Below are positions 22,827-31,745 of a DNA stretch of 64,000 nucleotides, piece after piece. The notes under the pieces are model-generated. The model made no database searches and had not been told where the DNA came from. It worked only from the letters and a program-made list of their open reading frames with translations. The translations under genes were made by a program, and so were the position numbers. The number at the start of each line of letters is the position of its first letter. The first letter of the stretch is position 1. Source of the stretch: Candidatus Binatia bacterium (GTDB taxonomy: Bacteria > Desulfobacterota > Binatia > UBA9968 > JAJDTQ01); assembly GCA_963666515.2 (NCBI GenBank), contig OY762897.2, positions 3,712,001 through 3,776,000 of the forward strand. Reading direction: 5' to 3'.

Positions 22827-24419
22827 TCACGGGCGGGTCTGAAACCTGCCCCTGAAGGCCAACCCTCTGACCGCGACGGCAACGAGGGTGGCCAGCGTCA
22901 TCAGCCAGGCGAACCAGTCGCCGTAGCGCACGTACACGGTCTCCATCTCCATCAACGGCACCGACGCTTTCAGCACCCCCTCGGAGAACAGCGGCAGCGG
23001 CTCGGACATCCGGCCGGCGGGATCGATGACCGTGGTGACCCCGGTGTTGGTGGCGCGCACCAGGGCGCGGCGGGTTTCGAGGGCGCGCCACCGCGCCAGC
23101 CGCGCGTGCTGCCACGGCGCCGCGGTGCGGCCGTACCAGGCGTCGTTGGTGAGGTTCACCAGCAGGTTGGCGCGGTGGTCCCGGACGAAGCGGCGCGACA
23201 GCGCCGGCATCAGGTCCTCGTAGCAGATGAGCGGGGCCACGCGTGCGCTTGGCGGCAGGCTTCGGAGCCCGTGCTCAAGGACCAGATGATCCGGGGCCAC
23301 TTGCGTGCCTCCCGGCAGGGCGATGGCGCTCTCGATCCCGCCCGGGGTGAAGCCGTCCCCGATGGACGCCACGCCCGGAATCCCGCCGATGAGCCAGGCC
23401 AACGGGACGTATTCGCCGAAGGCCAGCAGCACCCGCTTGTGGTACCGGCCCAGCACCGCCCCCGTGGAATCCACCGCAAACACGCTGTTGTACCGGCGGA
23501 CGCGGTTGCCGGGTCCGCGCCGGTAGCTGAGGGCGCCGAAGATCATGTGCGGGTGGCGCCGCGGCAGCAACGTCGGCGGCACCCTCCCCGCGTTCTCCGG
23601 CAGCCACTGCTCCATGGCGGACTCGGGCCAGAGCACCAGGTCCGCACCGGCGTGTGCCGCGGAGAGGCTCTTGTAGGTCTCTTGGTTGGTCTTGAGGAAC
23701 GCGGCCTTGCCCTTGCGCTCGATGTCGATGTTCCCCTGCACCACCGCCACGTCTAGCTTTCGGGCCGTTCCCGCCGCGGCGGCGACCTGCTCCAGCCGCA
23801 CCTGCCCGTACGCCAGGGCCGCCAGGAGGACCGCGCCTGCGCCCGCGGCGGCAAGGGCCGCCGACCGCGCGGTCCCTTCACCTCGCCGCGCGCGAAGGAG
23901 CTTGTAGAGGGCGGTGCCGGCCCACAGCAGCACGAAGGTGGTGCCGTAGTGGCCCGTCAGGTCCGCCGACTGGTTGAGGGAGGGGAACGCGGTCTGGCTG
24001 GTGGCGAGATACCAGGGAAAGAGGTTGGGGAACCAGAACTCGACGGCGACCCAGAACGCCGGGGGAAAGAGCCCCAGGGGCCCGGTCCCGCACAGGCGCA
24101 CCAGCCCCGCGAACGCCACGAACGGGATGGCCGAATAGACCACGAACAGGAGGAAAATCGCCAGGGCCAGCGCGTAGTTGACGCCGCCGAACACGTGGAT
24201 GGTGTAGACCAGCCAGTGAAAGCCCAGGGCGATGGTGAAGAACCCGGTGAGCGCCCCGGCCAGGAGCGCGTGGCGCCAGTGGCGGGCCCTTTCCAGCGCC
24301 GTGAGCAGCGGGACCGGGACGAACCAAGTCAGAGGGAAGAGGGGCGGCCAGAGGAAGGGGGCGGCAATGAGCCCGGCACTGAGCAGCGACAACCCGAATA
24401 GCGACCTGAACCCAGCCAT
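22827..24419 (-). CDS. lnt: Apolipoprotein N-acyltransferase
   Basis: Multiple TM helices, VQGNI, WPESA, YHKRVLLAFGEYVP, ICYED, NLTNDAWYG, RATNTG. Confidence 0.93.
   Translation of the reverse strand: MAGFRSLFGLSLLSAGLIAAPFLWPPLFPLTWFVPVPLLTALERARHWRHALLAGALTGFFTIALGFHWLVYTIHVFGGVNYALALAIFLLFVVYSAIPFVAFAGLVRLCGTGPLGLFPPAFWVAVEFWFPNLFPWYLATSQTAFPSLNQSADLTGHYGTTFVLLWAGTALYKLLRARRGEGTARSAALAAAGAGAVLLAALAYGQVRLEQVAAAAGTARKLDVAVVQGNIDIERKGKAAFLKTNQETYKSLSAAHAGADLVLWPESAMEQWLPENAGRVPPTLLPRRHPHMIFGALSYRRGPGNRVRRYNSVFAVDSTGAVLGRYHKRVLLAFGEYVPLAWLIGGIPGVASIGDGFTPGGIESAIALPGGTQVAPDHLVLEHGLRSLPPSARVAPLICYEDLMPALSRRFVRDHRANLLVNLTNDAWYGRTAAPWQHARLARWRALETRRALVRATNTGVTTVIDPAGRMSEPLPLFSEGVLKASVPLMEMETVYVRYGDWFAWLMTLATLVAVAVRGLAFRGRFQTRP
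22831..22852. repeat. REP-like palindrome inside the lnt 3' end
   Basis: gggcgggtctgaaacctgccc, resembling the 4838 copy. Confidence 0.45.
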
Positions 24420-24606
24420 GAAGCCCGAAGTCTACGGGTCCGGGAAGCGGGCGTCAACGCGCCTTTCCCGCGCTTGAATTCCATTGACAGGAGAATTGCC
24501 GAACGACTAATGTAGTACCCTGCAACGTCCGTCGCATGCGACGGCGCCGTCAGTCCAACCGTGACAACAAGGGGCGCATTCCGGGAAAGGAAAGGGGGAG
24601 AAGAAA

Positions 24607-25638
24607 ATGGGCCAAGCCTTTGTAGATGCCGACGGGCATATCATGGAGCGCGAGAACGAGATCAACGAGCACATCGACCAGAAGTACCTGGGGCGGGGCA
24701 GCCTGAGCTTCCGCCAGATGCTGCCGAGTCTGGACAAGTTCCACACTCCCAGGAGCCGCCACATCGAGCCGGAGGGGATATTCGACGCCTCGGTGGGGCC
24801 GGAGCGCTGGCTGGAGTTCCTCGCCAAGACCGGGATCGAGTCCTCGGTCCTCTATCCCACCGCCGGCCTTTCCTACGGCCAGGTGCACTTCCCCGAGTGG
24901 GCGGCGGCCTACGCTCGGGCCTACAACGACTGGTTTGCCGACAAGTACATCAAGGTGAGCGACCGCTTCAAGGGGGTCGCGCTGATCCCGGTGCAGGACG
25001 TGAAGGCGGCGGTGAAGGAGCTGCGCCGCGCGGTCAAGGACCTAGGCATGGTGTGCGCCATGCTTCCCTCCAACGGCCTCGACCGGCACTACGGCTCCGA
25101 CGAGTTCAACCCGCTCTACGAGGAGGCGGAAAAGCTCGACTGCGCCCTGGCCGTGCACGGAGGCTGCTACGGCGACCTGGGCTTCAACTCGTTCAAGGTG
25201 TTTCCGGCCACACGCGCGCTGGGCATGCCGTTCCCGCTGGCCATCCACATGACCGGGATGATGTCGGAGGGCGTCTTCGACCGCTTCCCCAACCTGCGGG
25301 TGGGGTTTCTCGAAGGCGGCACGGCGTGGATCCCGCTGGTGCTCGACCGGCTGAACCGCGAGGTGGAGTACGGCGGCCTGCAGCTCAAGAAAGACCCCAT
25401 CGAGTACTTCCGCAGCGGAAAGGTCTTCGTCGGCTGCGAGGGCAACGAGGACGTGCTGGTCTACTGCGTCAACCGCATCGGCCACGAGGTCTTCATGTTC
25501 TGCTCCGACTTCCCGCACGAAATCACCATGGACAACTGCATGGAAGAAATCGACGAGATACGCGACCGGGAAGAGCTGACCGACGAGCAGAAGCAGGCGA
25601 TCCTGGGCGACAACGCGCGGAACTTCTACAAGATCTGA
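24607..25638 (+). CDS. Amidohydrolase family protein (Amidohydro_2)
   Basis: VDADGH, LYPT, RAYNDW, AVHGG, FLEGG, FCSDFPHE. Confidence 0.88.
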   Translation: MGQAFVDADGHIMERENEINEHIDQKYLGRGSLSFRQMLPSLDKFHTPRSRHIEPEGIFDASVGPERWLEFLAKTGIESSVLYPTAGLSYGQVHFPEWAAAYARAYNDWFADKYIKVSDRFKGVALIPVQDVKAAVKELRRAVKDLGMVCAMLPSNGLDRHYGSDEFNPLYEEAEKLDCALAVHGGCYGDLGFNSFKVFPATRALGMPFPLAIHMTGMMSEGVFDRFPNLRVGFLEGGTAWIPLVLDRLNREVEYGGLQLKKDPIEYFRSGKVFVGCEGNEDVLVYCVNRIGHEVFMFCSDFPHEITMDNCMEEIDEIRDREELTDEQKQAILGDNARNFYKI

Positions 25639-25645
25639 GCCCGGA

Positions 25646-25675
25646 GCGGCGGAAGGGGGATACCCCTTCCGCCGC
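25646..25675. terminator. Hairpin terminator
   Basis: gcggcggaagggg-gata-ccccttccgccgc, 13-bp perfect stem. Confidence 0.65.
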
Positions 25676-25704
25676 TTGACGCCCCCGCACCGAAGGGCTA
25701 CGAT
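25676..25704 (+). promoter_or_regulatory. Sigma70-type promoter of the RRM gene
   Basis: TTGACG, 17 bp spacer, TACGAT. Confidence 0.6.
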
Positions 25705-25866
25705 AGTGGTGTCCCATGGGGACAGACCATCGTAAGTCTCACCTTGCGAAGCCTACGCGAAGGACACCGACCGAGATCGTGGTTCAGAAAAGAATCGTGC
25801 CGTGTTCGACTCCTTTTGCCGTTCGCGCCCAGGGTGTATGGCCATAACGTTTCAGGAGGAGAGCAC

Positions 25867-26142
25867 ATGGAAGGCAGGAGACTCTACATCGGCGGGTTGC
25901 CGTACTCGACCACGGACATGCAGCTTGAGGAAATCTTTTCGGCGCACGGCACCGTCGAGTCCGCTCAGGTGATCATCGACAAGTTCACCGGCCGCTCCCG
26001 CGGCTTCGGCTTCGTGGAGATGGGCACTTCGGACGAGGCCGAGGCCGCGGTCAACGCCCTCAACGAGACCGACCTCGGAGGACGCACCATCACCGTCAAC
26101 GAGGCCCGGCCCCAGCGCCGCGACTTCGGCGGACGCCGCTAG
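25867..26142 (+). CDS. RRM (RNP-1) RNA-binding protein
   Basis: RNP2 LYIGGL, RNP1 RGFGFVEM, VNEARP; AGGAGG RBS. Confidence 0.93.
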   Translation: MEGRRLYIGGLPYSTTDMQLEEIFSAHGTVESAQVIIDKFTGRSRGFGFVEMGTSDEAEAAVNALNETDLGGRTITVNEARPQRRDFGGRR

Positions 26143-26336
26143 CGCCATCGGGACGCCCGTCGCCGGCGGTTCGGTTCATACCGTCATAACGGGCGCTCGG
26201 GCGCCCTCCGTAACCACCAAGCCGTGGGGCGTACGCGCCTCACGGCTTGATCCCATCCTTTCTTGGCGTAACGCACCATCCGACACCGTCACTCCGGGCC
26301 CTTTCAGTTGACGTGTGGCCGGGTGCGTTCTATCCA

Positions 26337-27146
26337 GTGCGGGTGCCCTACTGTACGGTCAACGGCGTCCGCATCCACTACGACGTGTCGGGGGAGGGCT
26401 TCCCGCTGGTGCTGGTCCACGCCAATCCCTTCGACCGGCGGCTGTGGATGTACCAGGCGGCGCACTTTTCCACCCGCTTCAAGGTCATCAACGTGGACAT
26501 CCGCGGCTACGGCCACTCCGACAAGCCCGAGACCCCGACCTCCATGGCGGAGATGGCGGAGGAAGTGGTGGCGGTGTGCAGGCAGGAAGGGGCCGACGAA
26601 GCCATTGCTGCGGGCATCAGCGTGGGCGGCGTCATGGTATTGCAGATGGGGCTGGACCACCCCGAGATGTTCAAGGCGCTCATCATGGTGGGATGCAGCA
26701 GCCGGCCGTCAGGCGTGTACCAGCACCGCATCGAAGGCTACTCACGGGGGGTCCCCGGTTTCCACGAGGAGCATCTGGAGGCCCTGGTGGCGCCGGAGTT
26801 CGCCGCAAGCCGCCTTGGCCGCTATCTGCTCGACCGTTTCACCGACTGGGACCCCCGGCTCAGCGGCCCGGCCATCGTCGAAATCTTCAAGGCGCTGCAG
26901 AACCGCAACCAGACCGACCGGCTGGCGGAGTTACGCATGCCGGTGCTGGTGATCAACGGCGAGTTCGACAACTCCCGGCGCGGCAGCGAGTTCATGGCCG
27001 GCAGGATCGCAGGCGCGGTCCACCGGGTGGTGCCGGGCACCGGTCACGCTTGCTGCCTCGAAGACCCGGCTACCTTCGACGGCTACGTGAGCGGGTTTCT
27101 CCAACAACACGGGTTCACAGGGTCAACATACGGTCGCGTGCGGTGA
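26337..27146 (+). CDS. Alpha/beta fold hydrolase
   Basis: VNGVRIHY, DIRGYGHSD, GISVGG nucleophile elbow, GEFD, GH; start uncertain. Confidence 0.85.
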   Translation: MRVPYCTVNGVRIHYDVSGEGFPLVLVHANPFDRRLWMYQAAHFSTRFKVINVDIRGYGHSDKPETPTSMAEMAEEVVAVCRQEGADEAIAAGISVGGVMVLQMGLDHPEMFKALIMVGCSSRPSGVYQHRIEGYSRGVPGFHEEHLEALVAPEFAASRLGRYLLDRFTDWDPRLSGPAIVEIFKALQNRNQTDRLAELRMPVLVINGEFDNSRRGSEFMAGRIAGAVHRVVPGTGHACCLEDPATFDGYVSGFLQQHGFTGSTYGRVR

Positions 27147-28230
27147 CCTCCCACCGTCCCCGGACCCGGCCTTCGCTCACCACCGAGGCGTACGGGTACA
27201 GGGCGGAGGTCGGGCAGATGTGGGTGGGGATCGCCAGCTCGACGTCGCCGGGCCGGTAGCGGGACGCCTGCGCGGTTTCGATCACGAGGTGCTCTTCGTT
27301 GTGTATCACCGCCCTGGCGTCCGCAATGGCTGGGAAACGCAGCCGGCTGCCGGCCGGGGGATCGGAGGCGCAGGCCTTGGAGCCGAGATCGAAGGTTACC
27401 AGGTCGGGCGCGGGCCGGCTGACGACACGGGTCAGGATGAGGGCCGCGGGAACGAACCCCATTTCCGGGAACTTCCGCGCGTAGCCGTCGTCATGCAGAA
27501 CGCACGTGCCCGGACTCAACTCCAGGGAGGGATCGTCCTTGCGGGCATAGAGAGGGAACGTGCCGGTGCCCCCCGCGACGATCGCGGGAACGGCCAGGGA
27601 AGACGACTCCAGCTTGTCGCGAAGCGCCTGCACCGCGTTCCAGCATTCCTCCACCGCGCGCAACCGCTCGTCCACGCCGGTCTGATGGTTCTGCCCGTCG
27701 TAGACGTGCAGCCCGGCCGGCTTCAGATGGCTCGCCCGGTCGATCTGCGCATACAGCTTTTGGGCCTCGGGGCCCGGCGCCAGACCGGTCCGCCCCAGGC
27801 CCGTGTCGATGTCGACGAACACGTGTATATCGGTTCCCGCGCGCGCCATGGCGTCGTTGAGCGCCTCCACCGGTCCGGGGTGGTCCGCGGCCACGGAGAA
27901 CCGCACCTCGGGGAAACGTTGCCGGTAGCGCACCGCGCGGTCGATGTTCGGTCCCACCAGGTTGTAGGCGAGAAACACGTCGCGGGCTCCGCCGGCCGCG
28001 AGCATTTCCGCCTCGGCGAACGTCGCGCACTTGTGCTTGACGATGCCCATGCCCACCTTCAACCGGACCACGTCGATCATCTTGTGGGTCTTGCAGTGCG
28101 GCCGAAGCCGCCCGTCCGCTCCGGCGATGGCCTTCATGAGCGCGACGTTCTCGCGCACGATTTCCTCGAAGACGACCAGCCCCGGCGACAGGATCTCGTC
28201 CGTACGGTCGATGGCGTAGCGCGGTTCCAC
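27115..28230 (-). CDS. D-threonine aldolase/D-serine dehydratase family PLP enzyme (fold type III)
   Basis: LRPHCKTHK (PLP Lys), DTGLGRTG, HVYDG, GGTG, NEEH, HICP metal motif. Confidence 0.88.
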   Translation of the reverse strand: MEPRYAIDRTDEILSPGLVVFEEIVRENVALMKAIAGADGRLRPHCKTHKMIDVVRLKVGMGIVKHKCATFAEAEMLAAGGARDVFLAYNLVGPNIDRAVRYRQRFPEVRFSVAADHPGPVEALNDAMARAGTDIHVFVDIDTGLGRTGLAPGPEAQKLYAQIDRASHLKPAGLHVYDGQNHQTGVDERLRAVEECWNAVQALRDKLESSSLAVPAIVAGGTGTFPLYARKDDPSLELSPGTCVLHDDGYARKFPEMGFVPAALILTRVVSRPAPDLVTFDLGSKACASDPPAGSRLRFPAIADARAVIHNEEHLVIETAQASRYRPGDVELAIPTHICPTSALYPYASVVSEGRVRGRWEVTARDRMLTL

Positions 28231-28253
28231 GGTTTTCTCCCGGGGCGGCGATC

Positions 28254-29729
28254 TCAGAACTCGTGGGCGGGAGAGGCGACGATGGGCCAGATGCCGCGTT
28301 CGAGTTTCTCGTAAGGCGTGGTGCGCGGGTCGTGCGGATACGGCGCGCCGCTGTCGACGTACAGCACGCGATCAGTCAGCGCCGAGAAGGCCGCTCGAAA
28401 GTGGTTGGTGGACTTGACCACCAGCAGGGACTTGCTGGACGGATCGATTCCGACGCAGGAGAAGATGTCCGGGGTGTAGGCCTGCACCCGGTTCTCGCAG
28501 AGGACGACCTCGATGTCCTCGTCGAGCCGGATCGCCGCGCACCTTCCGAGCCTCGCGATGGATCCGCCGAAGCGCATGAAGCCGTTCTCGCACAGGCCGG
28601 AGACCGTCACGTTCGCGTCCACCGGTTCCCCGAGGCCCGGACCGGACTTGGCGCCGAAGCGAAGCGGGATGCGCGCGCCCGCACCGGCGGCGAAACAGAA
28701 CTGCACGGCGATGGGGTCCCAGATGCCCGCGACCGCGGCGCCGCCGATGCACCGGTCGACGATCTCGCGCAGGATCACGGTCGAGTCTCCCGCCATGCCC
28801 CCGCCGGGATTGTCCCATACGTCCGCGATCACCAGCGGGCCGTTGCCGGACTGGGTGTCGAGCCGGTCGAGGGCTTCGGACGGCGCCAGCATCTTCATCC
28901 TCGTCTTGCCCCGCATCGCATACAGCTCCAGTCCGAGCTTGCGCGCCAGGATGCGGCCTTCCTGCGGGGCGTTGTCGGTGACGACGATGACTTTCGTCCC
29001 CATCTCCGGGACGTCCCCCGCGAGGAATCCGTGCACCATGGAGATGGACAGGACGTGGGGGAGGTCGCGCTCCAGCGCCGAGAGCCGGTCGACGAATGCC
29101 CGGGTCGATGCCTCCGTGGTCGGAAACACGTCGATCATCCGGCAGTCGAACAGGGAGATCCGCGGCCTCACTTCCCCCCGCACCGCGCGGGCGACGATTT
29201 CGACCAGTTCCCGGGCGCGCTCCATGACGTCGGTGTGCGGGAACTCCTTGAAGGTGATGGCCACGTCCAGAGCCTCCGCGCAGCGGCGCGTAAAGTGGCT
29301 GTGGGGGTCGAAGGTGGCGCCGACCACCGTCTCGCCGCCGACGATCCCGCGCACCTCCGACAGCAGATCGCCTTCGCAGTCCTCGATGCCCTGGGCCACC
29401 ATGGCGCCGTGCAGGCCGAGCAGGACCCCGTCCAGGGGCATGGCGTCGCGGATCTGGTTCAGGATCTCGTCACGCAACTGCACGTAGGCCGCGCAACTGA
29501 CGATGCCGCCCGGTTCCGCCCATGCCGCGCTCCCCTCGATGGCCTCGATGGCGTCGCCCATGCGGTCGCGGTACTCGCGCAGGGCGATGAAGGGCGCGCT
29601 GCACAGGGAGGGAACGTCCGGATGCTGGCCCGGGGGGAAATAGAAATTGTCCCGGAAGTCCTGCAGATCGGTGAACACCGGCGAGAAGGTGTTCGTTTCG
29701 GTCGCCAGCGATGCCACGAACAGTCTCAT
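28254..29729 (-). CDS. M81 family metallopeptidase/deacylase (MlrC-like)
   Basis: ETNTF, LHGAM, DPHSH, FPHTD, DNPGGG, VVKSTNHFRA. Confidence 0.9.
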   Translation of the reverse strand: MRLFVASLATETNTFSPVFTDLQDFRDNFYFPPGQHPDVPSLCSAPFIALREYRDRMGDAIEAIEGSAAWAEPGGIVSCAAYVQLRDEILNQIRDAMPLDGVLLGLHGAMVAQGIEDCEGDLLSEVRGIVGGETVVGATFDPHSHFTRRCAEALDVAITFKEFPHTDVMERARELVEIVARAVRGEVRPRISLFDCRMIDVFPTTEASTRAFVDRLSALERDLPHVLSISMVHGFLAGDVPEMGTKVIVVTDNAPQEGRILARKLGLELYAMRGKTRMKMLAPSEALDRLDTQSGNGPLVIADVWDNPGGGMAGDSTVILREIVDRCIGGAAVAGIWDPIAVQFCFAAGAGARIPLRFGAKSGPGLGEPVDANVTVSGLCENGFMRFGGSIARLGRCAAIRLDEDIEVVLCENRVQAYTPDIFSCVGIDPSSKSLLVVKSTNHFRAAFSALTDRVLYVDSGAPYPHDPRTTPYEKLERGIWPIVASPAHEF

Positions 29730-29811
29730 GACGGGTTCTCTTGCGGATCGGCCGATGGGTGGGCGTGATGATACCGGCAGCCCGCGGGGGGCGCAACAGG
29801 CATGGATGCGC

Positions 29812-30669
29812 TCACGACCGGGTCCTGCTGGCGAAGGCGGCCCGCAGCCGCGGATCGAGCCGGTCGCGCACGGCGTCGCCCACCAGGTTCAACGAGAACG
29901 CCGACAGCGCGATCATCAGCCCGGGGAACAGCAGCAGCCAGGGCGCCCGCGTGATGTATATCCGCGACTCGCTCAGCATGTTGCCCCAGGTCGGCGTTTC
30001 GGGCGGAACGCCGAGCCCCAGGAAGTCGAGGGAAGCCGCCTGCAACTGGGCAAAGGCGAACACGAAGCTCGCCTGCACGAACAGCGGCGACATGAGGTTC
30101 GGCAGGATGTGCCGGAATATGATGCGTCCGGTCCCGGCGCCCATGGCCTGCGCCGCATCCACCCAGGTCGCCGCTTTCAACCGGAGCGATACGCCGTACA
30201 CGATGCGCGAGGTGGTGGTCATGTAGACCACGCCGATGGCCAGGATCGAGTTCTCCACGCCGCGACCCAGCACCACGATCAGGGCCAGCGCCAGCAGCAG
30301 GGCCGGAAACGCCATCAGCACGTCGACGACGCGCATGAGGAACATGCCGAGGCGGGGGAAGAGCGCCGACACGACGCCGAAGGCGACGCCGCCGCCCAGG
30401 GCGATGGCGACCACGCCGATGCCGATGAGCACCGCCATCCGGGAGCCGTGGATCACCCGGGACAGGGTGTCCCGGCCGAAGTGGTCGGTGCCGAACCAGT
30501 GCCCGGCGCCCGGCGGCGACAGGCGCGCAAGCGGATCGATGGCGATCGGGTCCGCCGGCGCCAGCCACGGCGCAAAGAGCGCGCACACGGTGAGCGCCGC
30601 GACGATGACGAGTCCCGCCAAGGCGAGTTTCCGCCCGCCCAGGCCGAGGCGTGCCGCAACCCGGATCAT
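29812..30669 (-). CDS. Peptide/nickel ABC transporter permease (DppC-like)
   Basis: HWFGTDHFGRD, DAAQAMGA, RHILPN, LDFLGLG, PTWGNML. Confidence 0.9.
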   Translation of the reverse strand: MIRVAARLGLGGRKLALAGLVIVAALTVCALFAPWLAPADPIAIDPLARLSPPGAGHWFGTDHFGRDTLSRVIHGSRMAVLIGIGVVAIALGGGVAFGVVSALFPRLGMFLMRVVDVLMAFPALLLALALIVVLGRGVENSILAIGVVYMTTTSRIVYGVSLRLKAATWVDAAQAMGAGTGRIIFRHILPNLMSPLFVQASFVFAFAQLQAASLDFLGLGVPPETPTWGNMLSESRIYITRAPWLLLFPGLMIALSAFSLNLVGDAVRDRLDPRLRAAFASRTRS

Positions 30670-31613
30670 CGGAACTTCACCCTCGGGTCCAGCCAGGCGT
30701 AGAGGACGTCCACGACCAGATTGATCACCAGGTAGAGGAGGACGATCATGAGAATCGTCCCCTGGATGACCGGATAGTCGCGTCTCAGGATCGATTGCAC
30801 GACCATGCGGCCGACCCCGGGGAGGGCGAACACGGTCTCGGTCACCACCGCCTCGGAGATCAGTGCGGCGATGGTGAACCCGATGGCCGAGACCACCGTC
30901 AGCATGGCGTTCCGGAATACGTGCCGGACCACCACCCGGACCGGGTGAATGCCCTTGGCCCGCGCGGTGCGCACGTAGTCCTCGTGGTACACCTCCAGCA
31001 TGCTGGCCCGGGTCAGTCGGATGATGAGCGCCGCGTTCGGCGCGGCCAAGGCGATGGACGGCAACAGCAGGTGGCGCAGGTTCGCCACCCCGCCTTCGCC
31101 GAAGACCGAAGGATAGCCGGAACTCGGCAGCCACTTCAGCATGGCCGCGAAGATCAGGATCAGGTACAGGCCCACCCAGAAGGTGGGAACCGACGCCAGG
31201 AACATCGAGATTCCCGACAGGCCCTGATCGAGCCAGCTTCCCCGGCGGGCCGCGGCGAGCATCCCGATGGGAAGCCCGAGGACGATGATCCAGACCATGG
31301 TGAAGAGCGCCAGCAGAAAGCTGGTCTCCAGGCCGTCGATGATCAGTTCCAGCACCGGGACCTGGAAGAAGATGGAGTCGCCCAGGTCGCCCCGGACGAC
31401 GGCGGACAGCCAGCGGACGTACTGACTGGCGAGAGATTCTTCGAGCCCCATCGCGGCCCGGAGCGCCGCGACCTCTTCCGGAGTGGCCTGGTCCCCGAGC
31501 ATGATCGCCGCGGGGTCGCCCGGGATCAGCCGGATGAAGACGAATATGAGGAAGGACGCCGCCAACAGGGTCGGCAGGAAGATCCCGATCCGGCGAATCA
31601 GGTAGCGGAGCAC
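30666..31613 (-). CDS. Peptide/nickel ABC transporter permease (DppB-like)
   Basis: IPGDPA, GDLGDS, DYVRTARAKG, ETVFALPGVG, RDYPVIQG. Confidence 0.92.
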   Translation of the reverse strand: MLRYLIRRIGIFLPTLLAASFLIFVFIRLIPGDPAAIMLGDQATPEEVAALRAAMGLEESLASQYVRWLSAVVRGDLGDSIFFQVPVLELIIDGLETSFLLALFTMVWIIVLGLPIGMLAAARRGSWLDQGLSGISMFLASVPTFWVGLYLILIFAAMLKWLPSSGYPSVFGEGGVANLRHLLLPSIALAAPNAALIIRLTRASMLEVYHEDYVRTARAKGIHPVRVVVRHVFRNAMLTVVSAIGFTIAALISEAVVTETVFALPGVGRMVVQSILRRDYPVIQGTILMIVLLYLVINLVVDVLYAWLDPRVKFR

Positions 31614-31745
31614 GTTCGACTTCCAGTCGCTTCGGATGATCGATGCCGCTCAGCATAACCGGCAATCAACGGCCTGATTCGCACAGAGCCGGTGGGAAAG
31701 CAACGGCGCACTGCCGGCCGCCGGGCGCCGTTGCTTTCCGGCGGG

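Noticed and set aside
28254-29729. Microcystin degradation (mlr) cluster
   Set aside because: No mlrA, mlrB or mlrD; the context points to sugar-acid catabolism
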